Below are positions 56,601 through 64,000 of a stretch of DNA of 64,000 nt, one piece after another. The DNA lies in the IMG/VR virus record IMGVR_UViG_3300021962_000066, positions 19,784 through 83,783 of that record; one strand, given 5' to 3'. Made by a program: the position numbers and the translations under genes. The stretch is from a virus. The notes under the pieces were generated by a model. It had not been told where the DNA came from, did not search any database, and was given only the letters and a program-made list of their open reading frames with translations. How positions within the stretch are numbered: position 1 is the first letter of the stretch; each line of letters opens with the position of its first letter.

Positions 56601-57938
56601 CTAGTCATTAGAGTCCATATCTAACGTTCTAAGTAAATTAATCGATGACTGGCCTAACTCTGTATTATTAGCAGTTTTATCCTCCACGATGGTTAATGTA
56701 CTATAATCAATACGCATTGAATGTGAGCCCGAATTAACCCCAAAACGGTTCTTCATCATACCGAAGCTAATAATATTCTCCTGATTGTCGGGATCTGGTC
56801 TATAGATACTGCATATAACGTCAGCAGTAGCAGCAAGCCCCATGCTCTCTGAAATAGTATTTAGACCTGGCTCGTTTGCATCATAACCCGATCGATTCAA
56901 CTGCGTTGCTGTTATGACCGGGCAGTTAAATTCATACGATAAGGCTCTTAACTGCTCTGTGCAGTATTTTACGCGTTCATAGCTATTATTACCTATCGTT
57001 GAATGTAGAAGATTGACATAATCTATCACTATGGCATCGAGCCTAACCCCCTTAGAGGTTAGCTTCTTTATATATGCCTTTAAATGGTTACCTGTTATGG
57101 TACTCGGAGGAAATTCCTTAATAAGAATCTTACCATTAGGGTTCTTTTGATCGTGGGTACCGATATGCTCCTTGAGCTTATCCATTGATCCTCTTAGGCT
57201 ACTAATAGGTATTTTTGAGAGGTTCGAATATAGTCTTTTTGCATACATGAACTCTGACATTTCGAGAGTAACTATTAGTACGGTCTTATTTTGCTTCGCT
57301 AAAGCTACAGCGGTATTACCAAGCACTATACTCTTACCTACATTAGTTTCACCGGCAAAAACATAAAGAGCTCTACCATCTCTTAAATAACCGCCACTGA
57401 GTCTACCGTCTAGCCACTGCCACCCTGTACTGACACACGGCATATCCTGCTCTATATGTTGCTTGGCGATATTAAAATCTCTAGATAAATCTATACCCAT
57501 TTCCTGCGTTAGGGATATATTACAAGCCTTTTCAAACTTCAACAGAATATCTGACGTATCAACTTTATCATTACCGATATCTTCCACCGTCTCCATCATT
57601 GTTGTGTATACTGCTCGTTCCTTTAGAAATTGTTCGGTATTACTGTATAATTCTTCCGTGTTAAGCTTAGAGCTAATATCGTCAAATAGCTTTACTACTG
57701 CTTTGAAGCTAGTCTTTAATTCAGAAGTAGTGAGATAAGACTTTATCTCTGCTATCGTGGGAGAGGTATTCCTCTTTATATAAAAGCCTGAGATTATACC
57801 AAAGATACTTCTTACATCCTTATTATTAAAGTATTTCGGGTCTACATAATCTACAATTGAAGCCAGGTACGTGCTGTCGGTCAGACTCTTATAGGCTATA
57901 ATAACCTCGAAATAATCAAGATCAAGCTTTAACATCAC
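56601..57938 (-). CDS. gp41: Replicative DnaB-like helicase (gp41)
   Basis: AGETNVGKS, TLEMSE, IKEFPP, IDYVNLL, TATQLNR, SES, KNRFG. Confidence 0.94.
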   Translation of the reverse strand: MMLKLDLDYFEVIIAYKSLTDSTYLASIVDYVDPKYFNNKDVRSIFGIISGFYIKRNTSPTIAEIKSYLTTSELKTSFKAVVKLFDDISSKLNTEELYSNTEQFLKERAVYTTMMETVEDIGNDKVDTSDILLKFEKACNISLTQEMGIDLSRDFNIAKQHIEQDMPCVSTGWQWLDGRLSGGYLRDGRALYVFAGETNVGKSIVLGNTAVALAKQNKTVLIVTLEMSEFMYAKRLYSNLSKIPISSLRGSMDKLKEHIGTHDQKNPNGKILIKEFPPSTITGNHLKAYIKKLTSKGVRLDAIVIDYVNLLHSTIGNNSYERVKYCTEQLRALSYEFNCPVITATQLNRSGYDANEPGLNTISESMGLAATADVICSIYRPDPDNQENIISFGMMKNRFGVNSGSHSMRIDYSTLTIVEDKTANNTELGQSSINLLRTLDMDSND

Positions 57939-57944
57939 TTAATA

Positions 57945-58613
57945 TTATAGCTGATATTCGCTTAAAAACCTACGTTGATTCTCTACAAATGTTGCGTCAT
58001 TAATGTTACTTAACCCCGGAGATTTATGAACGATATGAATCGGTAATACCCCGCAAACAAGACCTTTTCTAGTTGCATCAAGGGTGGATGATACATCATA
58101 ATGATGAAAAGTATAGTTTTCATTAAACTTCCAACCAGCTTTTAAAGTCTTAGACCGGTTAACAGCTAAGAATACTCCGTCTAATATCGTAACTACCGCA
58201 GGCATAGGACCAAAACTTGTTACTCCTATCTGCATCACATTAGGAATAAAATGAGCAACTGCACCTCTCCAGTTCTCCCTCTTTGTCATTAGATGCCATA
58301 AAGCTGGAGCTTTAATAACAGGATCGAGAGCGCCTGCTACTCCTATAATATCATATTCTTGGAAGCCGTCTTTAATCTTATCGAAAATGTAGGCATCATC
58401 AATGTATACGTCATCGTGCACAAAGACTATACAGTCGTAATTCGTCAGCTCATTAATAGCTCGATTATACACCTGGCTTAGCCCTTGAGTATTCTGTGTG
58501 TAGAAGTGTGCGGAAAATTTTACACCTTTCTCTTTTAGTGATTTAAGACTTTCATATAGTAGAGTTTTTGCGGGATCTGTCTCTCTGGTAACTGATACAA
58601 CGATGGATTTCAT
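57945..58613 (-). CDS. GT-A glycosyltransferase-like protein
   Basis: LSQVYN, VFVHDDV, IIGVAG, LDGVFLA, FHHYD, HKSPG. Confidence 0.8.
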   Translation of the reverse strand: MKSIVVSVTRETDPAKTLLYESLKSLKEKGVKFSAHFYTQNTQGLSQVYNRAINELTNYDCIVFVHDDVYIDDAYIFDKIKDGFQEYDIIGVAGALDPVIKAPALWHLMTKRENWRGAVAHFIPNVMQIGVTSFGPMPAVVTILDGVFLAVNRSKTLKAGWKFNENYTFHHYDVSSTLDATRKGLVCGVLPIHIVHKSPGLSNINDATFVENQRRFLSEYQL

Positions 58614-59251
58614 AGAATAAAGAACGGTGAATTATTTTTAAATCTGCCTACCACTTTAAAGTTGTTATCTACGAGTTCTAGCAAGGATCCCTCAGCGACC
58701 TCACTGCAACCCTCAAACACTGAAGAACTGTAGTCATTTTTATTTACATATAAAGTACTACCGCAGCGAGCTAAAAACAATCTATTATACATCTTATTAT
58801 AAAGAGATGTGGTGTGAGTACCTTCGATCTGTGAAAGTACCCTCTTAATACCCTCTACTAGCGTATAATCATTACACTCTATCGACAACATAACAGGTAT
58901 TATAGAGCTGTCAACTACATTTACAGCATTTACTATTAAAGACTTTTGAAGCTTCTTGTAGTTTGTTATAATACCATTATGACAAACTACCCAGTCGTTG
59001 TATATGAACGGGTGCGAAGTATCCTCATTAAATCTCTGCGCTGTCGACGTCGGTGCCTGGGTATGACCGGTAAAGTACGTTATAGATTCGGTATTTTGAC
59101 TAAAATCATATATACCTGGTACCTTAATAATGTCACCTCCACGACTTCGACCAATAAATACCCCACCAAATGCAAAGTCACCTCTATGCATATTGGCCGC
59201 ATACAGAGACTTAAATGTACTCAGCTTACTCGAACCAAATATAGCACACAT
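58610..59251 (-). CDS. Class II (Ntn) glutamine amidotransferase
   Basis: N-terminal MCAIFG (Cys nucleophile) from ATG 59251; GHTQAPT, HPF, HNGII.NY, VDS. Confidence 0.85.
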   Translation of the reverse strand: MCAIFGSSKLSTFKSLYAANMHRGDFAFGGVFIGRSRGGDIIKVPGIYDFSQNTESITYFTGHTQAPTSTAQRFNEDTSHPFIYNDWVVCHNGIITNYKKLQKSLIVNAVNVVDSSIIPVMLSIECNDYTLVEGIKRVLSQIEGTHTTSLYNKMYNRLFLARCGSTLYVNKNDYSSSVFEGCSEVAEGSLLELVDNNFKVVGRFKNNSPFFIL

Positions 59252-59294
59252 CAGGATAAATATATTGCTAAAGCATAAATATTTCAAGAATAAT

Positions 59295-60218
59295 ATGATT
59301 GATAATAATCTGATATTTGAAACCTATCTTCGCAGTTTAAACGAAGCTACACCGTTTGCGGGGCCTGAGGATGGATTTGGTGCACCGGAAAAAATTCGTC
59401 ATCATAGAGCCCAGAAGGGCACTGTTGATGCTAGTGGGTACAGAATCGGTGATTACTCTCGCGATACCGGCAGAGATATCGTCGAGATTACTGACAATAT
59501 CGTAGTTGCTATAAAAAATGAGATATTTACTCGCGATCCTCGTGTTGTCGGCGGTGTACAGTATCAACTATACTTCGCTGGTACTAAAGACGAATTACAA
59601 GATAGAGTTACAGGTATAATTCATAGGAAACTAGGAGGCAGTAAAGCTGATTCGGGATATGCCGCGAGAATAGTTGTTAACTATATACTTAAACTCGCAG
59701 ACGTCGATAAGGGTAGAGTTGTTACAAAAGATTTTGAAGGCCAGGTTGCAGATGCTGCGCCTGTAATACAAGCTATACAGCAGGTAGTTGACCCGGCTGC
59801 TGTTAATAATCCTGCAGTACCCCGGGCACCAGCTCCGCCTGCTGAGCGAGAGTATACGCATATTTCCGTCACTTCTAAATATAAATTATCGGAAGGCCGG
59901 TCTAGAAATCCGTATGTAAATGAGATGTATGAAATACTGCGTCTAGAAATAGGGGAGGGTGAGGAAGTAACCGGAGCGAAGTTAGTAGAAATACTCGAGA
60001 GCGAAGCGGTATTACAATCTGAAATAAAAGCAGTTCTTTCAGAAATGCTTCAGGCAGGTATGATCGAAAAGATTACAGATAATGCAGATCCCGCGATAAT
60101 TTTAGACCCTGATGACGGTGATGAGGACTATAACTTAGATGCAATGAGTAGAGAGCTCACGAATATGAGACGAAATATTGCGCAAGGCAGAACCGAAGTT
60201 CCTGACACTGACGAATAA
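59295..60218 (+). CDS. Hypothetical late protein (putative head-internal)
   Basis: Start MIDNNLIFETY follows CATAAATA; the ORF-track start at 59130 overlaps the GATase gene. Confidence 0.6.
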   Translation: MIDNNLIFETYLRSLNEATPFAGPEDGFGAPEKIRHHRAQKGTVDASGYRIGDYSRDTGRDIVEITDNIVVAIKNEIFTRDPRVVGGVQYQLYFAGTKDELQDRVTGIIHRKLGGSKADSGYAARIVVNYILKLADVDKGRVVTKDFEGQVADAAPVIQAIQQVVDPAAVNNPAVPRAPAPPAEREYTHISVTSKYKLSEGRSRNPYVNEMYEILRLEIGEGEEVTGAKLVEILESEAVLQSEIKAVLSEMLQAGMIEKITDNADPAIILDPDDGDEDYNLDAMSRELTNMRRNIAQGRTEVPDTDE

Positions 60219-60220
60219 TT

Positions 60221-60895
60221 ATGAATAACTACGATTTAGAGCAATTATATATACATAAAATTGCAGGAGCTAAGATAATTTCTGAAGCTAATAACCCTTT
60301 TGGAACTTCCCCCTACGGTGTAGGTTCAAGAATTAAAAGAGCTCTTACTCCCTTCATGAGTAAGACTGCGCAACGATCTGAAGCTAAAAGTCAGCAAGAT
60401 ATTAACGACATGTACAATAAGTTCGTTGCTGAGTTAGCTAAAGTCGGTAAGCGAGAGGGGGACGCAAAATACGGTGACCTAACAGCCTATCTTAGTAAGC
60501 TTAATGGGATTAACGCTAGCGCTACGACTTCTACAACCTGGGATCAACTAAATGTAAATCCTACACAAACATTTAAAACGTTTGGTGCACTTAGCCTAGG
60601 TAACGCCTTTAAGAAAGTTGTAGAAGAGGTTAATCAATCAAGTCTCACAGCACCTACTCCGCCTGCTGCACCTGCTGCACCTGCTGCACCTGGACCTACT
60701 CCGCCTGGACCTACTCCGCCTGGACCTAGGCGCCGTCAGGCTGCGAGGAAGAAGACAATAGATATTACTAAAGCAAACTTCTTAAATCTCCTGCTTGCTA
60801 GAGGTTATAGAAACCCGGTAGAGCGGGGCCAAATAGTCGATATGCTTGAATCGCCAGAGGTTGGCGTTAGATTTAAGATACCTCCTACCCCTTGA
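60221..60895 (+). CDS. Hypothetical late protein with Pro/Ala linker
   Basis: 224 aa; PAAPAAP and GPTPP repeats. Confidence 0.6.
   Translation: MNNYDLEQLYIHKIAGAKIISEANNPFGTSPYGVGSRIKRALTPFMSKTAQRSEAKSQQDINDMYNKFVAELAKVGKREGDAKYGDLTAYLSKLNGINASATTSTTWDQLNVNPTQTFKTFGALSLGNAFKKVVEEVNQSSLTAPTPPAAPAAPAAPGPTPPGPTPPGPRRRQAARKKTIDITKANFLNLLLARGYRNPVERGQIVDMLESPEVGVRFKIPPTP
60651..60727 (+). repeat. Coding short tandem repeats (9 bp x3, 15 bp x2+)
   Basis: CCTGCTGCA and CCTGGACCTACTCCG units. Confidence 0.85.
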
Positions 60896-61583
60896 CCATA
60901 AGCGCATCCCACGGGATATGCTTAACATATGGGATAGGATCTTGAATTTTAGCATCAATAAAACCCTTCAAACGTAAAGAGCAAGCCGGGCAGGTACCGC
61001 ATGACAGCTCCGCTCCTTCATAGCAGGTCCAAGTCTTTTCAAACGGTACACCGAGTTCCGTACCCCACCTAATAATATCAGCCTTACTCTTTTCAATGAG
61101 AGGTGCTTCAATTTTAATTTTAGAACGACGATTTAATATCGTAACTTCATTGATAGAGTTGAGAAATTCCGCGCTGCCGTCCCAGTAGCCCGCAACAGAG
61201 TCTGCTTGTGCAGCGCCATACTGAACACTTGTGGCATCAATGCTCTCTGCTGCTGCACAAGCAATTGAGAGGACCATCATGTTTCTGAAAGGAACATAAT
61301 TTACGGTCTGAGGGTCTCCCATTACATCACGAGCCTTTGCAACAGCGATATCGGGATTAGTTAATGCGGATTTACTTGCTATATCTTTGAAGAATGATAC
61401 ATCAATAATCCTATGAATTACATTAGTATGTAATTTTGCAATCTCTGTAGCACATGCTAACTCCTTATTATGTCGCTGACCGTAAAAAAACGATAAAGCG
61501 AGTACCTGATCAAACGTACGGATAGCACTGTAGAGTAGTACAGTGCTATCCATTCCGCCTGAGAAGCAAACAACACTTTTCAC
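60885..61583 (-). CDS. queC: 7-cyano-7-deazaguanine synthase
   Basis: FSGGMDST, YGQRH..EL, YVPFRN, TWTCY, CGTCPAC..R. Confidence 0.93.
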   Translation of the reverse strand: MKSVVCFSGGMDSTVLLYSAIRTFDQVLALSFFYGQRHNKELACATEIAKLHTNVIHRIIDVSFFKDIASKSALTNPDIAVAKARDVMGDPQTVNYVPFRNMMVLSIACAAAESIDATSVQYGAAQADSVAGYWDGSAEFLNSINEVTILNRRSKIKIEAPLIEKSKADIIRWGTELGVPFEKTWTCYEGAELSCGTCPACSLRLKGFIDAKIQDPIPYVKHIPWDALMVKG

Positions 61584-61759
61584 GGCTTAGCAATCTCGTG
61601 AGTAAGCTTGCTAAACATCTCCCAGATAAATCTCTTAACTTCGGCTTCACCTTTAGTCTTAACTAGAGTATTAAGGGATTCAAGCGGCACCTTAGTTTTG
61701 AGAAGAGTCTTACCGTCGGTGTCTGCTACAATTGACATTTCTAATGATACTTTGTTCAT
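61580..61759 (-). CDS. Small hypothetical protein (59 aa), not in the ORF track
   Basis: MNKVSLEMSIVADTDGK...HEIAKP*; GTGA overlap with queC; promoter upstream. Confidence 0.6.
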   Translation of the reverse strand: MNKVSLEMSIVADTDGKTLLKTKVPLESLNTLVKTKGEAEVKRFIWEMFSKLTHEIAKP

Positions 61760-61766
61760 ATAAAAG

Positions 61767-61794
61767 ATAATATATTATTATTATGCATTATCAA
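61767..61794 (-). promoter_or_regulatory. Sigma70-like promoter
   Basis: TTGATA-16 nt-TATTAT, 7 nt before the ATG. Confidence 0.55.
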
Positions 61795-62911
61795 CTATTG
61801 ACTTAAGATTAGATGTACCAGCAATATCCTCACTTTCATCAGGCATAACTTCCTCGACAGCACTACCATAAGCCCACTTCTCGCCAATAGCTTTCTCAAT
61901 ACCAGGTAAAATTTGCTTCCAGATATCTTCATTCTTACGCCAATTTTTATAGAATCCTATCTTCTCACCGTTAGCCAAGGTATATGTAGACCCTGTTTGA
62001 ATTACGATTCCAAAGCCTACAGCGAGATCCAATAAGCCATAGTGCTTATCGAGACCTGACCTAAAACTAAGATACATTTCTGTTTGAAGGTATTGTTGAA
62101 TAAATCTGTTTTTTACCGTAAGAGCTCGTAGAATTACACCCGGGTAATTCCGCTGACCAACAGTTAGCTCACCGTCCGTAGTCTTGCCCTCGTCAGTCTT
62201 TTCCGGTTTACGTGCAAGCTGCACTGTCACTGACGGCAGGTAAGTTACGCTCTTACCTCCAGGTTGAATCTTAATAATAGATTCATACATTGCACTAGGA
62301 TCATCGTAGGTATGATTGGTACAGATAAATGTTGTTTGAGTATAGGCTGCAAGCTGAGTACAGGTACGTAAAAGAGATTTAATCGACCGTGCGCGGGTAC
62401 CCATATCCATGGACGTACTCTCCTTCTCCATTCGATTAAAACTAAGTTCATTCTCTAAATTGCCGAGAGAGTCAATAGCTACAATAAACTTGCCTGTTAT
62501 TCCTACTTCCTTAGCCTTGGTTAAGAACTTATAGATAGAATTTCTCGTTTGTTCAATACTAAAACACGGTACATACTTTACTTTGGAAGTATCTAGGCCA
62601 AGATTCTGCGCAGATTCTTTATCAATAGCATTCTCTGTATCAAAAATTACAACTGTATAACCGAGTTTTTGCGCATTGGCGAGAGTTCGCATAACGATAT
62701 ACGTCTTACCGGTCATCGACTCACCACATATCATAGTAAGACGGTTCTTAGGAATTCCGCCGTATAGAGAGCCGCTAATAATTGCGTTGAGTGGCATTGA
62801 TCCGGTATCAATCCACTCGTTAACTGTCGAGAGTGTACTCTTATCAAGAAACGTAGCGTAAGGGCTAATAGTATCAATTTCTGCTAGAACTTTTTGAATG
62901 TCTTTATCCAT
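61781..62911 (-). CDS. uvsX: RecA/UvsX recombinase
   Basis: IDTGS..LNAIISG, GESMTGKT, FDTE, IDSLG, TNH, GG, KNR. Confidence 0.93.
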   Translation of the reverse strand: MDKDIQKVLAEIDTISPYATFLDKSTLSTVNEWIDTGSMPLNAIISGSLYGGIPKNRLTMICGESMTGKTYIVMRTLANAQKLGYTVVIFDTENAIDKESAQNLGLDTSKVKYVPCFSIEQTRNSIYKFLTKAKEVGITGKFIVAIDSLGNLENELSFNRMEKESTSMDMGTRARSIKSLLRTCTQLAAYTQTTFICTNHTYDDPSAMYESIIKIQPGGKSVTYLPSVTVQLARKPEKTDEGKTTDGELTVGQRNYPGVILRALTVKNRFIQQYLQTEMYLSFRSGLDKHYGLLDLAVGFGIVIQTGSTYTLANGEKIGFYKNWRKNEDIWKQILPGIEKAIGEKWAYGSAVEEVMPDESEDIAGTSNLKSIVDNA

Positions 62912-62917
62912 ATATGA

Positions 62918-62945
62918 AGTATAACGTATAATTATATTAAATCAA
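62918..62945 (-). promoter_or_regulatory. Sigma70-like promoter for uvsX
   Basis: TTGATT-16 nt-TATACT, 6 nt before the ATG. Confidence 0.6.
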
Positions 62946-62976
62946 AAAAAAAGAGAAGCCTTGTGGCTTCTCTTTT
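62944..62976 (-). terminator. Intrinsic terminator
   Basis: AAAAGAGAAGCC-TTGT-GGCTTCTCTTTT hairpin with a U9 tail on the minus strand. Confidence 0.88.
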
Positions 62977-63018
62977 AACAATCTTTAAAGTTAAGAATAT
63001 TAACTACACCCGAAGAGC

Positions 63019-63363
63019 TCAGTCTTCGAATAGCTTGATAACCTTAGCTTCCGTAGCAGGCTGGACTGCTGGTTTAGTCAGGATGTTTTGATACTGCACA
63101 ATAAGCCGATCGTCTAGCTCGAGATTAGGGCTAGTAGTAATATTAGCCTTATTAAAGGTCCAAACAACAGGATCTACATTTTTAACGAATTCCTTAAAGA
63201 ACAAAGGAATACTCTGTACATTCAGTTGTCCGTTTTGAGTCGGCTGTACGTAGATTTGCGCAGGATCAGATACAGATAGATGTGTATCAGTCTCACTCAC
63301 GTACGCGCCGTGAATAATTCTGCCGGTGTTGTCGAGAAATGTTACAATTTTGGTTTGTGCCAT
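63019..63363 (-). CDS. Small Sm-like-fold hypothetical protein
   Basis: G..IHGAYVSETDTHLSVSDP beta-strand pattern; start MAQTK. Confidence 0.5.
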   Translation of the reverse strand: MAQTKIVTFLDNTGRIIHGAYVSETDTHLSVSDPAQIYVQPTQNGQLNVQSIPLFFKEFVKNVDPVVWTFNKANITTSPNLELDDRLIVQYQNILTKPAVQPATEAKVIKLFED

Positions 63364-63423
63364 GTAAATATATACATTAATTTGGTATAAGTTCAACTAT
63401 TGAGCATAAATATTTATACAAAT

Positions 63424-64000
63424 ATGTCTAGTCAATATAAAGGTAATGATACAAGGTGTTTAACTGAGGCGTACTCTCAGGTTAGAGAAGGCGCTTGGGA
63501 TCGACTAAAGGCACGGGGATCACAAGCTCTCGGAGCACTTGGAGGACTCGGTGACCGAGCTGCAGGTACTGTTCGCGGTGCAATGGCTGGCGCTACAGGC
63601 AATGTAGCCGGCGTTAACGCCGCGACACAACAAAGAGCTGCGGGCGCCACGGCGGGTGATATCGCAAAATTACAGTCATATCGACAATCAGTTGCTGCCA
63701 AGGTTAAATCTTTGCGTAATGAAATTGACTCAGACTTGAAGGGGCTGGGTATAAATGCTTCAATAGATACTGCCCAGCTTACTAACGGACTTGATTCAAT
63801 TGATACCGGATTTAAAACAGCTATTAATAAGTTAGCTACACCAGCACCTGTCGCTAACCCGTTTGCAGCTAAACCGCCTACTGAGCCTACAACTGCAACC
63901 GCACCTGCAACTGCACCTGCAACTGCACCTGCAACTGCACCTGCAACTGCACCTGCAACTGCACCTGCACCTGCAACTGCAACTGCACCTGCACCTGCAA
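63424..64000 (+). CDS. Partial late protein (runs off the window), Ala/Gly-rich with PATA repeats
   Basis: MSSQYKGNDTRCLTEAYSQVREGAWDRLK...; open to the window end; CATAAATA upstream. Confidence 0.7.
   Translation, partial: MSSQYKGNDTRCLTEAYSQVREGAWDRLKARGSQALGALGGLGDRAAGTVRGAMAGATGNVAGVNAATQQRAAGATAGDIAKLQSYRQSVAAKVKSLRNEIDSDLKGLGINASIDTAQLTNGLDSIDTGFKTAINKLATPAPVANPFAAKPPTEPTTATAPATAPATAPATAPATAPATAPAPATATAPAPA
63889..64000 (+). repeat. 12-bp coding tandem repeat GCACCTGCAACT (APAT)n
   Basis: Five exact copies at 63901-63960 with degenerate flanks. Confidence 0.92.

Noticed and set aside
59130-59294. N-terminal 55 aa of ORF 59130 and N-terminal 12 aa of ORF 59287
   Set aside because: They overlap divergently; better starts are 59295 (late hexamer plus leader) and 59251 (Met-Cys of the Ntn GATase)
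60885-61583. QueC plus GATase as a QatABCD defence system
   Set aside because: QueC is canonical in length, and no QatA ATPase or TatD nuclease gene is nearby
63477-63701. Minus-strand 74-aa ORF and the many other short antisense or nested ORFs in the track
   Set aside because: They lie inside longer genes with recognisable motifs; the coding frame here is the plus-strand ORF from 63424
1-64000. Stop-codon reassignment (code 15 or 4)
   Set aside because: Conserved genes are full length in the standard code, and TAA, TAG and TGA all end genes at expected positions
1-64000. tRNA, rRNA or structured ncRNA genes
   Set aside because: Intergenic gaps are very short and no cloverleaf or T-loop signature was seen by eye; tRNAscan and Infernal were not run

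Overview
64-kb segment of a large T4-like (Tevenvirinae/Kyanoviridae-style) contractile-tailed dsDNA phage that uses the standard genetic code. All calls come from motifs read by eye; no database searches were run. It contains (i) tail, baseplate and packaging genes: gp6, gp25, gp53, hub-like, tape-measure-like, gp18 sheath, gp19 tube, gp3, gp14, and a large terminase with a class 3 intein; (ii) a replication block: clamp loader, clamp, primase, gp32 SSB, gp41 helicase, UvsX and dUTPase, interleaved with RmlA, an NRS/ER-type reductase, a glycosyltransferase, a class II amidotransferase and QueC; and (iii) a ~13-kb tightly coupled biosynthetic cluster (3838-16766) directly downstream of the baseplate, lectin and fibre-chaperone genes. 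That cluster encodes five radical SAM enzymes, a flavin-dependent Trp-halogenase-like enzyme, a split degenerate transketolase, two NDP-sugar SDRs, two deacetylases and 2-3 glycosyltransferases. Other signals: promoter-like hexamers 5-13 nt before start codons (apparently leaderless expression); a dispersed family of late proteins with a shared capsid-targeting-like N-terminus, including a tandem duplicate with a pre-toxin-TG-like domain; a radical SAM gene that appears to need a non-AUG (ATA) start; and a nested in-frame gene with its own promoter.
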